From an uncultured Chloroflexia bacterium (GTDB lineage Bacteria; Chloroflexota; Limnocylindria; Limnocylindrales; CSP1-4): 64,000 bases of DNA. The stretch is from assembly GCA_963768035.1 (NCBI GenBank), contig CAVYGJ010000002.1, forward strand, positions 401,079 through 465,078, in the 5' to 3' direction. Below are positions 28,100 to 38,429 of this stretch, one piece after another (positions within the stretch are counted from its first letter, which is position 1; each line of letters starts with the position of its first letter). A program made the translations under genes and the position numbers. A model generated the notes under the pieces. That model was given only the letters and a program-made list of their open reading frames with translations, did no database searches and was not told where the DNA came from.

Positions 28100-29055
28100 G
28101 CTACCGCGAGCTCGTCGGCCGGCGGCTGACCGTCGACGTCCCGGCATCGTCCGCGAACCTCGGGGCGGGCTACGACTGCCTGGGCCTCGCGCTCGACCTC
28201 ACGAACACGGTCACCGTCGAGGCGGTCGAGGGCGACGGCTCGATCGAGCTCGTCGTGACCGGCGAGGGCGAGGGCGACCTCGCGCCCAGCCGCGACAACC
28301 GGTTCGTCGCCGGCCTCGAGGCCGCGCTCGCCGTGGAGCTGGGTCCGACGCCCGACTGGCTCGGCTGGCGGATCGCGATGCACAACCGGATCCCGCTGTC
28401 GCGCGGGCTCGGGTCGTCGGCCGCGGCGACGGTCGGTGGCGTCGTGCTCGGGGACGCGCTCGCGTGCGCCGCGGGTGCGCCGGCCGTTGACCCGCTCCGG
28501 CTGCTCCAGATCGCGACGACGATCGAGTCCCACCCCGACAACGCGGCCGCGGTCCTGCTCGGCGGCTTCGTCGTCAGCGCCCACCTCGGCGAGCGCGTGG
28601 AGGCCGTCCGCTTCGACGCTCCCGACGGCCTGCGCTGCGTGCTGTTCATCCCCGAGCGACGGCTGTCGACCGAGGACATGCGCCGGGTGCTGCCGGCCGA
28701 GGTCCCGCTGCGTGACGCGGTCAGCAACATGAGCCGCATCGCGATCGGCGTCGCGGGGATCGCGTCGGGCCGGTTCGAGCTCCTCGCCGACCTCACCGTC
28801 GACCGCATCCACGAGCCGTACCGCTCGGCCGCCTACCCGGAGCTGCCGCGCCTCACCGGGGCCGCGCGCGAGGCCGGGGCGCTGGGCGCGTTCCTCTCGG
28901 GCGCGGGCTCGACGGTGCTCGCGTTCGTCGCGCCCGGCGCGGACCCGGCGCCGGTCGTCCTGGCGCTCGCGGCCGCGGCGGCGGACGTCCACCTCGACGG
29001 CCGGACCGCGGTCGTCGCGCCGCGCAACGCGGGTCCGACGATCAGCGCGGGCTGA
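28096..29055 (+). CDS. thrB: homoserine kinase
   Basis: GTG 28096 in a GTGA overlap. GHMP kinase motif [12 protein letters not shown]. Confidence 0.9.
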   Translation: MSYRELVGRRLTVDVPASSANLGAGYDCLGLALDLTNTVTVEAVEGDGSIELVVTGEGEGDLAPSRDNRFVAGLEAALAVELGPTPDWLGWRIAMHNRIPLSRGLGSSAAATVGGVVLGDALACAAGAPAVDPLRLLQIATTIESHPDNAAAVLLGGFVVSAHLGERVEAVRFDAPDGLRCVLFIPERRLSTEDMRRVLPAEVPLRDAVSNMSRIAIGVAGIASGRFELLADLTVDRIHEPYRSAAYPELPRLTGAAREAGALGAFLSGAGSTVLAFVAPGADPAPVVLALAAAAADVHLDGRTAVVAPRNAGPTISAG

Positions 29056-29058
29056 GCC

Positions 29059-29772
29059 TCAGCGCGACTCGCCGGGGAGCCGGAACGCGGGCGTCTCCGC
29101 GCCACCGTCCACGAAGGGATCGGGCTGGGGCTCGCCGGCGACGACGCGCAGCGGGATGACCCCGCCCCATGTCGGCCAGGTCTCGTCGCCCGGGTCGTCG
29201 TGGTTCTCCTCGGCGCGGATCTTGGCGGACGCTTCGGTGAGGTCCATCCACAGGACGGTGGTCGCCTTGCGCTCCTTCGCGGTCATCGGGCGGAGCTGCG
29301 GCCAGCGGCCGGGATAGAGGCCGTCGAAGAACGCCTCGAGCGCCGCGTCGACCTCGTCCGGGTCGGCGACGAGGTTCGCCATGCCGAGGACCATCGCCGA
29401 CCGGAAGTTGACCGAGTGGTTGAAGCCCGACCGCGCCAGCACGTACCCGTCGAGGAGCGTGACGGTCACGCAGACCGGGACGCCGCCGCCGGTCGCCCGC
29501 AGCATCCGGCTCGCGGACGAGCCGTGCCAGTACAGCCGGTCGCCGAGGCGCCAGGCGATCGTCGGCGTGGCGTACGGCTGCCCGTCGTCGCCCGTCCAGC
29601 CGACGTGGGCGATGACGCCCGCGTCGAGGACCGCGTCCAGGGACGCGCGGTCGTAGCGGCCGCGCTTCGGCAGCCGGCGGACACGGGTCCGGTCGGTCGC
29701 GGGGCGGGCCGCCTCCTCGGTGACGGATCCGGCGTCGTCGGCCGGGTACTCGGGCTCCGGGACGGAGCTCAC
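29059..29772 (-). CDS. pyridoxamine 5'-phosphate oxidase-fold flavin-binding protein
   Basis: RRLPKRGRYDRASLDAVLDAGVIAHVGW ... LYWHGSSASRM pattern of the split-barrel family. Confidence 0.7.
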   Translation of the reverse strand: MSSVPEPEYPADDAGSVTEEAARPATDRTRVRRLPKRGRYDRASLDAVLDAGVIAHVGWTGDDGQPYATPTIAWRLGDRLYWHGSSASRMLRATGGGVPVCVTVTLLDGYVLARSGFNHSVNFRSAMVLGMANLVADPDEVDAALEAFFDGLYPGRWPQLRPMTAKERKATTVLWMDLTEASAKIRAEENHDDPGDETWPTWGGVIPLRVVAGEPQPDPFVDGGAETPAFRLPGESR

Positions 29773-29999
29773 CGGCGGTAGAGGATCCAGAACACGACGC
29801 CGGCGCCGCCCTGCGGGTAGCCGTAGCCGGGCTGGACGGGCTGGGGCAGCGACGTCGGCAGGGCGCCGAGGTTCGCGATCCGCCAGCGGTCCGGCGCCCG
29901 GCGCGCCGCGTCGGCGGCGACCCAGTCCCAGAGCGCGTCGCCCATCGTGGTGTCGGCCGTGACCAGGAGCTGGTCGTCGCCGATGAGCCGTTCTTTCAT
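29769..29999 (-). CDS. small hypothetical protein (76 aa)
   Basis: GGAGGGGG lies 5-6 nt upstream of ATG 29999. 4-nt overlap with the downstream gene. High GC3. Confidence 0.55.
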   Translation of the reverse strand: MKERLIGDDQLLVTADTTMGDALWDWVAADAARRAPDRWRIANLGALPTSLPQPVQPGYGYPQGGAGVVFWILYRR

Positions 30000-30141
30000 C
30001 GCCCCCTCCTGCAGGGTGCCCCCGTGCGTCGGGTGTTTCCCTGTCAGCGTACGCAAACCGGCGGGGCCGCGCCGCGGAATCGAGCGCGCCGGGCCCGTGG
30101 GGACCCGGCGCGATGGGTGGCGAGTGGCGATCGACGATGTG

Positions 30142-30729
30142 TCAGGCGCAGGTGCCCGCGTCGTGCGAGGCCTGGAGCTCGCCGTTGACGACCCGGAAGG
30201 TCTCCTGGAACGAGCAGGTGACGTCGCCGTCGGTGACCCGCAGGTGGGTGACGCTGTGGACGGTGAACGACCCGTTGCCGCTGTCCGCGAACCGGAGGTG
30301 GGAGACCTCGGTGTCCTCGGCGACGAGCACGCCCGCCTCGTAGTGCGAGGCCGTCTGCTGCGTGTTGATCACGATGCTGCTGTTGTGATCGGTCAGCGCG
30401 TACTGGACGCGGCCCCGGATCACGAAGCAGGTCATGAACGCGGCGTCCCCGTTGCACCAGGCGTCGTCGACGGCCCAGCCGGGCGACGAATCACGGGTCA
30501 CGGGCGCGGAGGCGGGCGCCGGGGTCCAGGTGCGGGGCGTCTTCGACACGGGCGCGGAGGCCGGCGGCGGAGACCAGGTGCGCGGCGCCTTCGACACGAG
30601 GACGGCCGACGCGGGCGGCGGCGACCAGGTGCGCGGCGCCTTCGACGAGGCGAGGGCGGACGAGCTGCCGGCGAGGACGATGGCCACGGCGGCGAGGACG
30701 GGAGCGACGATGCGGACGAGGGAGCGCAT
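30142..30729 (-). CDS. secreted protein with three tandem Pro-rich repeats and a Cys-containing C-terminal domain
   Basis: Signal peptide MRSLVRIVAPVLAAVAIVLAGSSSALA. Repeats SKAPRTWSPPPASA(VL)V x3. Confidence 0.7.
   Translation of the reverse strand: MRSLVRIVAPVLAAVAIVLAGSSSALASSKAPRTWSPPPASAVLVSKAPRTWSPPPASAPVSKTPRTWTPAPASAPVTRDSSPGWAVDDAWCNGDAAFMTCFVIRGRVQYALTDHNSSIVINTQQTASHYEAGVLVAEDTEVSHLRFADSGNGSFTVHSVTHLRVTDGDVTCSFQETFRVVNGELQASHDAGTCA
30499..30645 (-). repeat. in-frame tandem repeat, three units of 48-51 nt
   Basis: Encodes SKAPRTWSPPPASAVLV / SKAPRTWSPPPASAPV / SKTPRTWTPAPASAPV. The DNA units are visibly near-identical (…ggcgaccaggtgcgcggcgccttcgac…). Confidence 0.8.
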
Positions 30730-30900
30730 GTGGGGTGAAACTCCAGGTCATGGTTCGCGGCCGGGTGGTGGCCGTTGCGAGGAGGGTGCGATCCGCGCGC
30801 GGCGACGCCATCCGACGTCCGTGGCCGGTTGGCATCGTCATTCGTCCACGTCTGGAACGCGCGCTGCGCCCGCCTTGACGACCGCCGCACACTGCGAGCG

Positions 30901-31086
30901 ATGGACGGGCTCGGACAGGCGGTCGGCGACGGGATCTCGGGGCTGGTGGGCGGCGCCCTGAACGGGATCACCGCGGCCATCTCGGGGATGGTGGACGCGC
31001 TCGGGGAGGCGCTGCCGTCGGGCGCCCTGCCCGTGATCGGGATCGCGCTCGTCTTCCTGCTGATCGTCGCCGTCGTCAAGCGCTGA
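30901..31086 (+). CDS. small Gly/Ala-rich membrane protein (61 aa)
   Basis: ATG 30901. C-terminal TM helix LPVIGIALVFLLIVAVV. Confidence 0.5.
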   Translation: MDGLGQAVGDGISGLVGGALNGITAAISGMVDALGEALPSGALPVIGIALVFLLIVAVVKR

Positions 31087-31089
31087 CGG

Positions 31090-31329
31090 CTACTCCTCGG
31101 ACGCGCCCTCGTCGTCCGAGCGGCGAGTGCCGCCCTGCGCGGGTGGCGTCCACGAGCGATCCGCGTAGCGGAGCTGGCGCTGGATCAGGTCGTCGTCCAT
31201 GCGCTTCGCCTCCGCGAGCAGCAGCTCGCGATCGCGCTCCTGCTCGTCCGCGAGCAGCTCGGCAGGCGTGCGCTCAGGTCCCGCGTCGTCAGCCGGCGCG
31301 CCGCCGAGGAGCCGCTTGAGGAAGCTCAC
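31090..31329 (-). CDS. small charged hypothetical protein (79 aa)
   Basis: GTG 31329 in a GTGA overlap with the dienelactone hydrolase stop. High GC3. Confidence 0.5.
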   Translation of the reverse strand: MSFLKRLLGGAPADDAGPERTPAELLADEQERDRELLLAEAKRMDDDLIQRQLRYADRSWTPPAQGGTRRSDDEGASEE

Positions 31330-32093
31330 GCGGGTGCCGTCCTCGCCCGGATGAAGTCGAGCGTCGCCGCCCACGCCGCGGCCGACTGGTCGGCGAACTC
31401 GTCCGCCTTGCGGTCGAAGAACGAGTGCGGGGCGCCCTCGTAGACGATCGTCTCGTGGTCGCGCCCGGCGTTGGTCAGCGCCAGCTCCCAGGCGGCGCGA
31501 ACCTCCTCGTTGATGCCGTGGTCGGCGCCGCCGAAGATCGAGAGGATCGGCGCGTCGAGCGTCGCCGCGACGTCCGCCGGCGCGGGCGCGTCGTTGCGCC
31601 CGGCACCGGTCGGCCAGCCGTAGAAGCCGATCACGCCCGCGAGCCCGAGCCCGAAGCCCGCCGTGAGAAACGCCGTCCGGCCGCCCATGCAGAAGCCGGT
31701 CGTGAACAGGCTGGTCGTCCCGGCGACCGCGCGCAGGTGGGCCGCCGCGGCCTCGATGTCGGCGCGGAGCCCGGCGTACGTCGTCTGCGCGACGTGGGGC
31801 GCGTAGTCGAAGTCGGCGCCGCGATCGCCGATCCCGGCGGTCCGCCCGAAGTAGTCGATCGCGATCGCGTCGACGCCGCGCTCCGCGAACCGCAGCGCGA
31901 GCTCCTCGTAGTACGGCGCGAGCCCGCGGACGTCGGGCAGGATCACGATCCCGGCGCCGGTGGGTTCGGCGGCACGGGCGACGTACGCGGCGAACCGGTT
32001 GCCGTCGGCGGCCGTGAGCTCGATGGCCTCGGCGTCGAGCGCGCCACCGGCGATCACGGGAATGGGCGGGCGCGAGTCGTGGTCGAAGCACAT
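31326..32093 (-). CDS. dienelactone hydrolase family protein
   Basis: ATG 32093. Nucleophile elbow GFCMGG, and GAPHSFFD near the C-terminus. Confidence 0.85.
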   Translation of the reverse strand: MCFDHDSRPPIPVIAGGALDAEAIELTAADGNRFAAYVARAAEPTGAGIVILPDVRGLAPYYEELALRFAERGVDAIAIDYFGRTAGIGDRGADFDYAPHVAQTTYAGLRADIEAAAAHLRAVAGTTSLFTTGFCMGGRTAFLTAGFGLGLAGVIGFYGWPTGAGRNDAPAPADVAATLDAPILSIFGGADHGINEEVRAAWELALTNAGRDHETIVYEGAPHSFFDRKADEFADQSAAAWAATLDFIRARTAPA

Positions 32094-32147
32094 GCCGCGA
32101 TTGTCGCCGATAAGTCGCCGGTAAGGGCTCGTCGTCATCGTCGTCCG

Positions 32148-32867
32148 ATGGACCTGCACCGGTTCGGGCGCGCGATCCGTGCCGTCCGGGTTCGGCGCGG
32201 CCTCCGTCAGTCGGACCTCGCCGCGAAGTCGGGCCTCAGCCGGACCGTCGTGGGCCGGATCGAGCGCGGCGAGCGTGCCGGGCTCACGGTCGACGCATTG
32301 ATCGCGGTGGCGGAGGCACTCGGCGGGGACGCGGACCTGCGGTTCCGGTGGCAGGGCGAGGAGATGGACCGGCTGCTGGACGCCTCGCATGCGCGCCTGG
32401 TCGATGTCGTCGTCCGGCGGCTCCGGGCGCTCGGCTGGGACGTCGCGGTCGAGGTGACGTTCTCGCACTACGGGGAGCGGGGGTCGATCGACGTCATGGC
32501 GTTCCACCCGGTGCGTCGAGCGCTGCTCGTGGTCGAGGTGAAGTCCGTGACGCCGGACATGCAGGCGATGCTCGGCGGGATCGATCGAAAGGGACGGCTC
32601 GCGCCGGCGCTGGCGCGTGAGCGCGGGTGGGACGCGGAGGTCGTTGCGCGGGTGCTCGTGATCTGGGACACGCGCACGAACCGCCGGCGGCTCGAGGCGC
32701 ACGCGGCGAGCGTCGGCGCACTGTTGCCCGCGGCGACTCGAGCGGTCCAGCGCTGGGTCCGCGATCCGGTGCGCCCGGCGGTCTCAGGTGTCTGGTTCGT
32801 GGCGGATGTCCGCCGGGCGGACGGTACGCGGCCGTCGCGCCATCGGGTCCGGCTCCGTCGAGCGTGA
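32148..32867 (+). CDS. XRE-family HTH protein fused to a PD-(D/E)xK nuclease-like domain
   Basis: HTH RGLRQSDLAAKSGLSRTVVGRIERGE. C-terminal GERGSIDVMAF...ALLVVEVKS matches D...ExK. Confidence 0.75.
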   Translation: MDLHRFGRAIRAVRVRRGLRQSDLAAKSGLSRTVVGRIERGERAGLTVDALIAVAEALGGDADLRFRWQGEEMDRLLDASHARLVDVVVRRLRALGWDVAVEVTFSHYGERGSIDVMAFHPVRRALLVVEVKSVTPDMQAMLGGIDRKGRLAPALARERGWDAEVVARVLVIWDTRTNRRRLEAHAASVGALLPAATRAVQRWVRDPVRPAVSGVWFVADVRRADGTRPSRHRVRLRRA

Positions 32868-32900
32868 GCCGGCGGCGGTTCCCGCGACGGCGTCCACCCG

Positions 32901-32937
32901 GCGGACCGTAGTCAGCAAACTCGTGTCTACGGTCCGC
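32901..32937 (+). terminator. perfect 11-bp stem hairpin (possible U-tract-less terminator)
   Basis: GCGGACCGTAG (32901-32911) pairs with CTACGGTCCGC (32927-32937). The 15-nt loop is AT-rich. 34 nt downstream of the HTH-nuclease stop. Confidence 0.35.
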
Positions 32938-33096
32938 GAGCACGGACGCAACGATCGATTGAGCGTCCGATCCGAGGCCGCAGCGGGGCCGATACGGTCC
33001 GTGGGGCGGACATCTGGCGAGGAGCGGCGGCGACGGCGGGACAGCGCGGCGGGGTGAACGAGGACCCGGGCCTCGGGCCGCCCGCAGGCGCTCCGC

Positions 33097-33102
33097 TAGA
33101 AT
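33097..33102 (+). promoter_or_regulatory. -10 element TAGAAT positioned for a leaderless lysC transcript
   Basis: TAGAAT ends 7 nt before ATG 33110, and there is no SD between them. Confidence 0.35.
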
Positions 33103-33109
33103 GCGCGCC

Positions 33110-34418
33110 ATGCCCAACCCGCTTGTCGTCATGAAGTTCGGCGGGTCGTCCGTGGCCGGCGCGGAGCGCATCAAGCGGGTGGCCCGGCGGATCGCGCGCG
33201 AGCGCACGAACGGCAGCGACCTCGTCGTCGTCGTGTCCGCGATGGGCGACACCACCGACGAGCTGCTCGCCCTCGCCGCCGCCATCACCGACGATCCCGA
33301 CCCGCGCGAGCTCGACGTCCTGCTCGCCACCGGCGAGCACCAGAGCGCGACCCTCGTGTCGATGGCGCTCCAGTCGATGGGCGTCGCGGCGATCAGCCTC
33401 ACCGGGCCGCAGGCCGGCATCACGACGGACGGCCGCGCACGGCAAGGCGAGGATCGCCGGCATCGACCCGCGCCGCGTCCGGGCCGAGATCGGCGCCGGC
33501 AAGGTCGTCATCGTCGCCGGGTTCCAGGGCATGAGCGTCACGCCGCTCGCGGCGATGGACAACAGCCCGACGGCGTCGGACGTGCACGCGGCGGAGATCA
33601 CGACGCTGGGCCGCGGCGGCTCGGACACGACCGCGGTCGCGCTCGCCGCGCAGCTCGGCGCCGACCGCTGCCAGATCTTCACCGACGTCACCGGCATCTA
33701 CACCGCGGACCCGCGGATCGCCGACGACGCCCGCCAGCTCCCCGTCATCGGCTACGAGGAGATGATGGAGCTCGCCAACCAGGGGGCGCAGGTGATGCAG
33801 GTCCGGGCCGTCGAGCTCGGCTGGGTCAACGACGTCGTGATCGAGGTCCTCAGCTCGTTCGAGGACGCCCCCGGAACCCTGATCAAGGAGGACCTGCTCG
33901 TGGAGCAGCGGAACAAGGTCAGGGGCCTCGCCCACGACCGGAACGTCGCCAAGATCACGCTCGTCGGCGTCCCCGACAAGCCGGGGCTGGCGCGCAGCGT
34001 CTTCGGCCCCCTCGCGGACGCCGGCATCAACGTCGACATGATCGTCCAGAACGTCGGCCATGGCGGCTCGACGGACCTCTCGTTCACGATCCCGCGCGTC
34101 GAGCTCGCGAAGGCGAAGCGCCTGCTCGAGCCGATGATCATCGAGCTCGGGTTCAAGGACATCACCACGGACTCGAGCGTCGCGAAGATCTCGATCGTCG
34201 GCGCCGGCATCCAGAACGCCCCGGGCTACGCGGCCCGGATGTTCGGCACGCTCGCCGACGAGGGGATCAACATCGAGATGATCTCCACCTCCGAGATCCG
34301 GATCACGACGATCATCGCGGAGGACCGGGTGGAGGACGCCGTGCGCGCGCTCCACGCCGCGTTCGAGCTCGAGCAGCCGGAGAGCGAGCCGGCCGGAGCG
34401 GCCGCAGCCGCGGGCTGA
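33110..34418 (+). pseudogene. lysC: aspartate kinase, one +1 frameshift as sequenced
   Basis: VVMKFGGSSV ... GITTDG is in one frame. HGKARIAGIDPRRVRAEIGAGKVVIVAGFQG... through the two ACT domains is in the next frame. The junction is at 33431-33437. Confidence 0.85.
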
Positions 34419-34422
34419 CGCG

Positions 34423-35296
34423 GTGACCGTGACCCCCGGGACCAGCCCTGCCTTCGCGCGTGTCGAGCGGTTCGCCCGCCTCGGCTCGACGAACGACGTC
34501 GTCCGCGACTGGCTCGCGAACGGCGAGCGGGAGATCTGCGTCGCGGTCGCGGGCGAGCAGACCGCCGGCCGTGGGCGCAACGGCCGCACCTGGACCGCGC
34601 CGCCGGGCGCCGCGCTGCTCCTCTCGCTCGGGTTCCGCCCGACGTGGATCGCCGCCGACCGCACGTGGCGCATCCCCGCCGTGATCGCGCTCGCGATGGC
34701 CGACGCCGCCGAGGAGGTCGCGGGCCTGCCCATCGGCGCCGTGCGCCTCAAGTGGCCGAACGACCTCGTGATCGAGGTCGCGGGACCGCTGGCGCTTCTC
34801 ATCGGCGAGCAGACGCCCGAGGAGGCAGCCGCGCGGTTCGCGGCGCCCGTCGAGCTGCGCAAGCTCGCGGGCGTCCTCGGCGAGACGCAGGGACTGGGCA
34901 GCGACGACCCCCGCCTCGTCGTCGGCATCGGGATCAACGGCGACTGGGCGGCGGCCGACTTCCCACCCGAGCTGGCCGGCGCCATGACGAGCCTGCGCGA
35001 GGCCTCCGGCGGGCGTCCGATCGACCCGGAGACGCTCCTCGCCGCGTTCCTCGAGCGCGTCGAGATGCGGATCGAGGCGCTCCGCGTGGGCGTGTTCGAC
35101 GTCGGGGGCTGGATCGAGCGCCAGGCGACGACGGGCCGGAGCGTGACCCTCGACGACGGCGTCGAGCCCGTCGACGCGCTCGGTGTCGACGCGACGACCG
35201 GTGCGCTCGTCGTTGCGGATGCAGGCCGCCCCGGGCGGCGAGCGGCACGTCCACGCGGGCGAGGTCACCCGCGTTCGACTCGCGGGGCGGGTGTAA
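34423..35296 (+). pseudogene. birA: biotin--[acetyl-CoA-carboxylase] ligase, one +1 frameshift near the 3' end as sequenced
   Basis: GRGRNGRTWTAPPG motif and KWPNDL. The C-terminal GERHVHAGEVTRVRLAGRV-TAA (35294-35296) is only readable after shifting +1 around 35222-35236. Confidence 0.8.
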
Positions 35297-35300
35297 CGCG

Positions 35301-35958
35301 ATGGCCGGTCCGGTGTTTGGAAGGCGGGAGCGCACGACCGAGGCGTCGGTCGTCGTGCTCGATCGCGACCGGGCGCTCGTGGAGGAGGCTCGGCGCGACC
35401 CCGCCAGGTTCGACGCCCTGTATCGGAAGTACCTCGCCCAGGTGTATGCGTACGCGCTCTACGAGCTCGGGGACCATCACGCCGCGGAGGACGCGACGGA
35501 ACGCGTGTTCCTGCGGGCGCTCGCCGCACTGCCGCGGTTCCGTGAGCAGGCGCGCCCCGAGGACGGCCCGGAGGCCAGCACGTTCCGGGTGTGGCTGTTC
35601 CGGATCGCCCGCAACGTCGTCGCCAACGAGCGCCGGTCGCGCCGCCGACGCCCCGTCGCCTCGCTCGAGGTGGCGCTGGGCGCCGCGATGGCGATCCCGG
35701 ACGCCACGGACATCGAGGCGGAGGCCGTGACCCGCGACGAGGCGGGCGAGGCGCTGCGCGCCGTGCGGGCCCTCCCAGACGACCGCCGCCGGGCGCTGAC
35801 CCTGCGCTTCGTCGAGGAGATGAGCACGGCGGAGATCGCCGGCGTCCTCGGCCGCTCCGAGGGCGCGGTCCGCGTCCTCATCCACCGCGCCCTTCGGTGC
35901 CGTGGCGCGCGACCTCGGCACCGATCGCCGCGCCAGGTCCCGCGAGGAGACCCGGTGA
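35301..35958 (+). CDS. ECF/sigma-70 family sigma factor; the last ~20 codons read better in the +1 frame
   Basis: Regions 2 and 4 are present (RVWLFRIARNVVANERR; MSTAEIAGVLGRSEGAVRVLIHRALR). As sequenced, the frame runs on into the next gene (single ORF to 36569). After T 35898, the +1 frame gives AVARDLGTDRRARSREETR-TGA (35956-35958) with much higher GC3. Confidence 0.6.
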
Positions 35959-36569
35959 CCGGCGAGCACGAGGTGGACGCGCTCGTCGCGGACCGCTATC
36001 TCGACGCGCTGCTCGCGGCCGTCGACCGCCACGCCGCCGACGCCCCGTCGGACGCGTCGCTCGACCCCGACATCCGGGAGGCGGCCCGCGTCCTCCGCGC
36101 CTCGCTCGTGCGGGTCCACCCGTCGTTCCGCTTCGAGGAGCGGCTCGCAGGCCGGCTCGCTGACCTCGCGGCCGCCCAGGCGCGACCCGCGCTGGCCGCG
36201 GCAGGCGGGAGCGGCACCGTGATCGCCTTCCCGGGCTCCACGGGCAGCGCCCTCGACGCCGACCCGCTGCTCGACGCGATCCTCCGCGGCGAGCTCGATC
36301 CGGCCGACGCCGATGCCGTGGACAGCGCGACCGACGCGACCCGTGGCTCCGCCGCCCGCCGGCCGCTCATCGTGGGCGGCGCGATCACCTCGGCCGCGAT
36401 CTCGATCGTCGGCGTCGCGTACGTCGCGTGGCGGGCGTCGCGGCCCGCACCGGTACGCTCGAACCGGGCGATGGCACGGGCGGCGCGCGCCGCCCGGGCG
36501 CGCCGCGCCGCGGGGACCGCGATCGTCACCGGCACCGCCATCATCGCCGCGCTCGGGGTACCCGCCTGA
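35955..36569 (+). CDS. putative anti-sigma factor/membrane protein
   Basis: GTG 35955 would form a GTGA overlap with the corrected sigma stop. Single TM helix (LIVGGAITSAAISIVGVAYVAW) and an Arg/Ala-rich tail. Confidence 0.55.
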   Translation: MTGEHEVDALVADRYLDALLAAVDRHAADAPSDASLDPDIREAARVLRASLVRVHPSFRFEERLAGRLADLAAAQARPALAAAGGSGTVIAFPGSTGSALDADPLLDAILRGELDPADADAVDSATDATRGSAARRPLIVGGAITSAAISIVGVAYVAWRASRPAPVRSNRAMARAARAARARRAAGTAIVTGTAIIAALGVPA

Positions 36570-37406
36570 TGCCCATGAAGTTCCCGACCTTCCGATCCCG
36601 GCAGGCCGGCACCGCCGAGAAGATGTGGACCCGCTGCCCCTCGTGCGAGGAGCAGCTGTTCAACAAGCAGCTCGAGAAGGCGATGTTCGTGTGCCCGACG
36701 TGCGGCCACCACTTCCGCCTGCCGGCGCCCGTGCGCCTCGGCCTGCTCGTCGACGAGGGCTCCTGGGAGGAGCACGACCCCGGCCTCGTGTCGGTGGACC
36801 CGCTGGGCTTCGTCGACCAGAAGGCGTACCCGGACCGGGTCACGGCCGCGCAGCTCGCGACCGGCCTGCGCGACGCGGCGATCTGGGGGACCGCCCGGAT
36901 CGAGGACCAGCCGCTGGCGATCGTCGTCATGGACTTCGCGTTCATGGGCGGCTCGATGGGCGCCGTCGTCGGGGAGAAGGTCGCCCGCGCGGCCGAGACC
37001 GCCCTCCACGAGCGCCTGCCGCTGGTCATCGTCTCGGCGTCGGGTGGCGCCCGGATGCAGGAGGGGACCTTCGCGCTGATGCAGCTCGCCAAGACGATGG
37101 GCGCCCTCGAGCGCCTGCGCGAGGCGCGCGTCCCGTACATCTCGATCATGTCCGACCCGACGACCGGTGGCACCTTCGCGAGCTACGCCGCCATGGGCGA
37201 CGTCAACCTCGCCGAGCCCAACGCCCTCATCGGGTTCGCCGGCGCCCGCGTCGGTGCGGGCACGATCGGCCAGGAGCTGCCGCCGGGCTTCCAGCGTGCC
37301 GAGTTCCTGTTCCGCCACGGGTTCGTCGACCGCGTCGTCGCCCGCGCCGACCTCCGTCGCGAGGTCGCCCAGCTCCTCCGCTTCCTCGTCACCCCGGAGC
37401 CCGTCC

Positions 37407-37414
<8 letters not shown>
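36569..37414 (+). CDS. accD: acetyl-CoA carboxylase carboxyltransferase beta subunit
   Basis: N-terminal zinc ribbon CPSCEEQ...CPTCGHH. MDFAFMGGSMG and SASGGARMQEG. Confidence 0.92.
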
Positions 37415-38426
<1,012 letters not shown>

Positions 38427-38429
38427 CCC

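Noticed and set aside
30499-30645. Tandem repeats considered as a possible CRISPR or minisatellite array.
   Set aside because: The units are contiguous without spacers, in frame, and encode a repeated peptide inside a secreted protein. No cas genes are present in the window.
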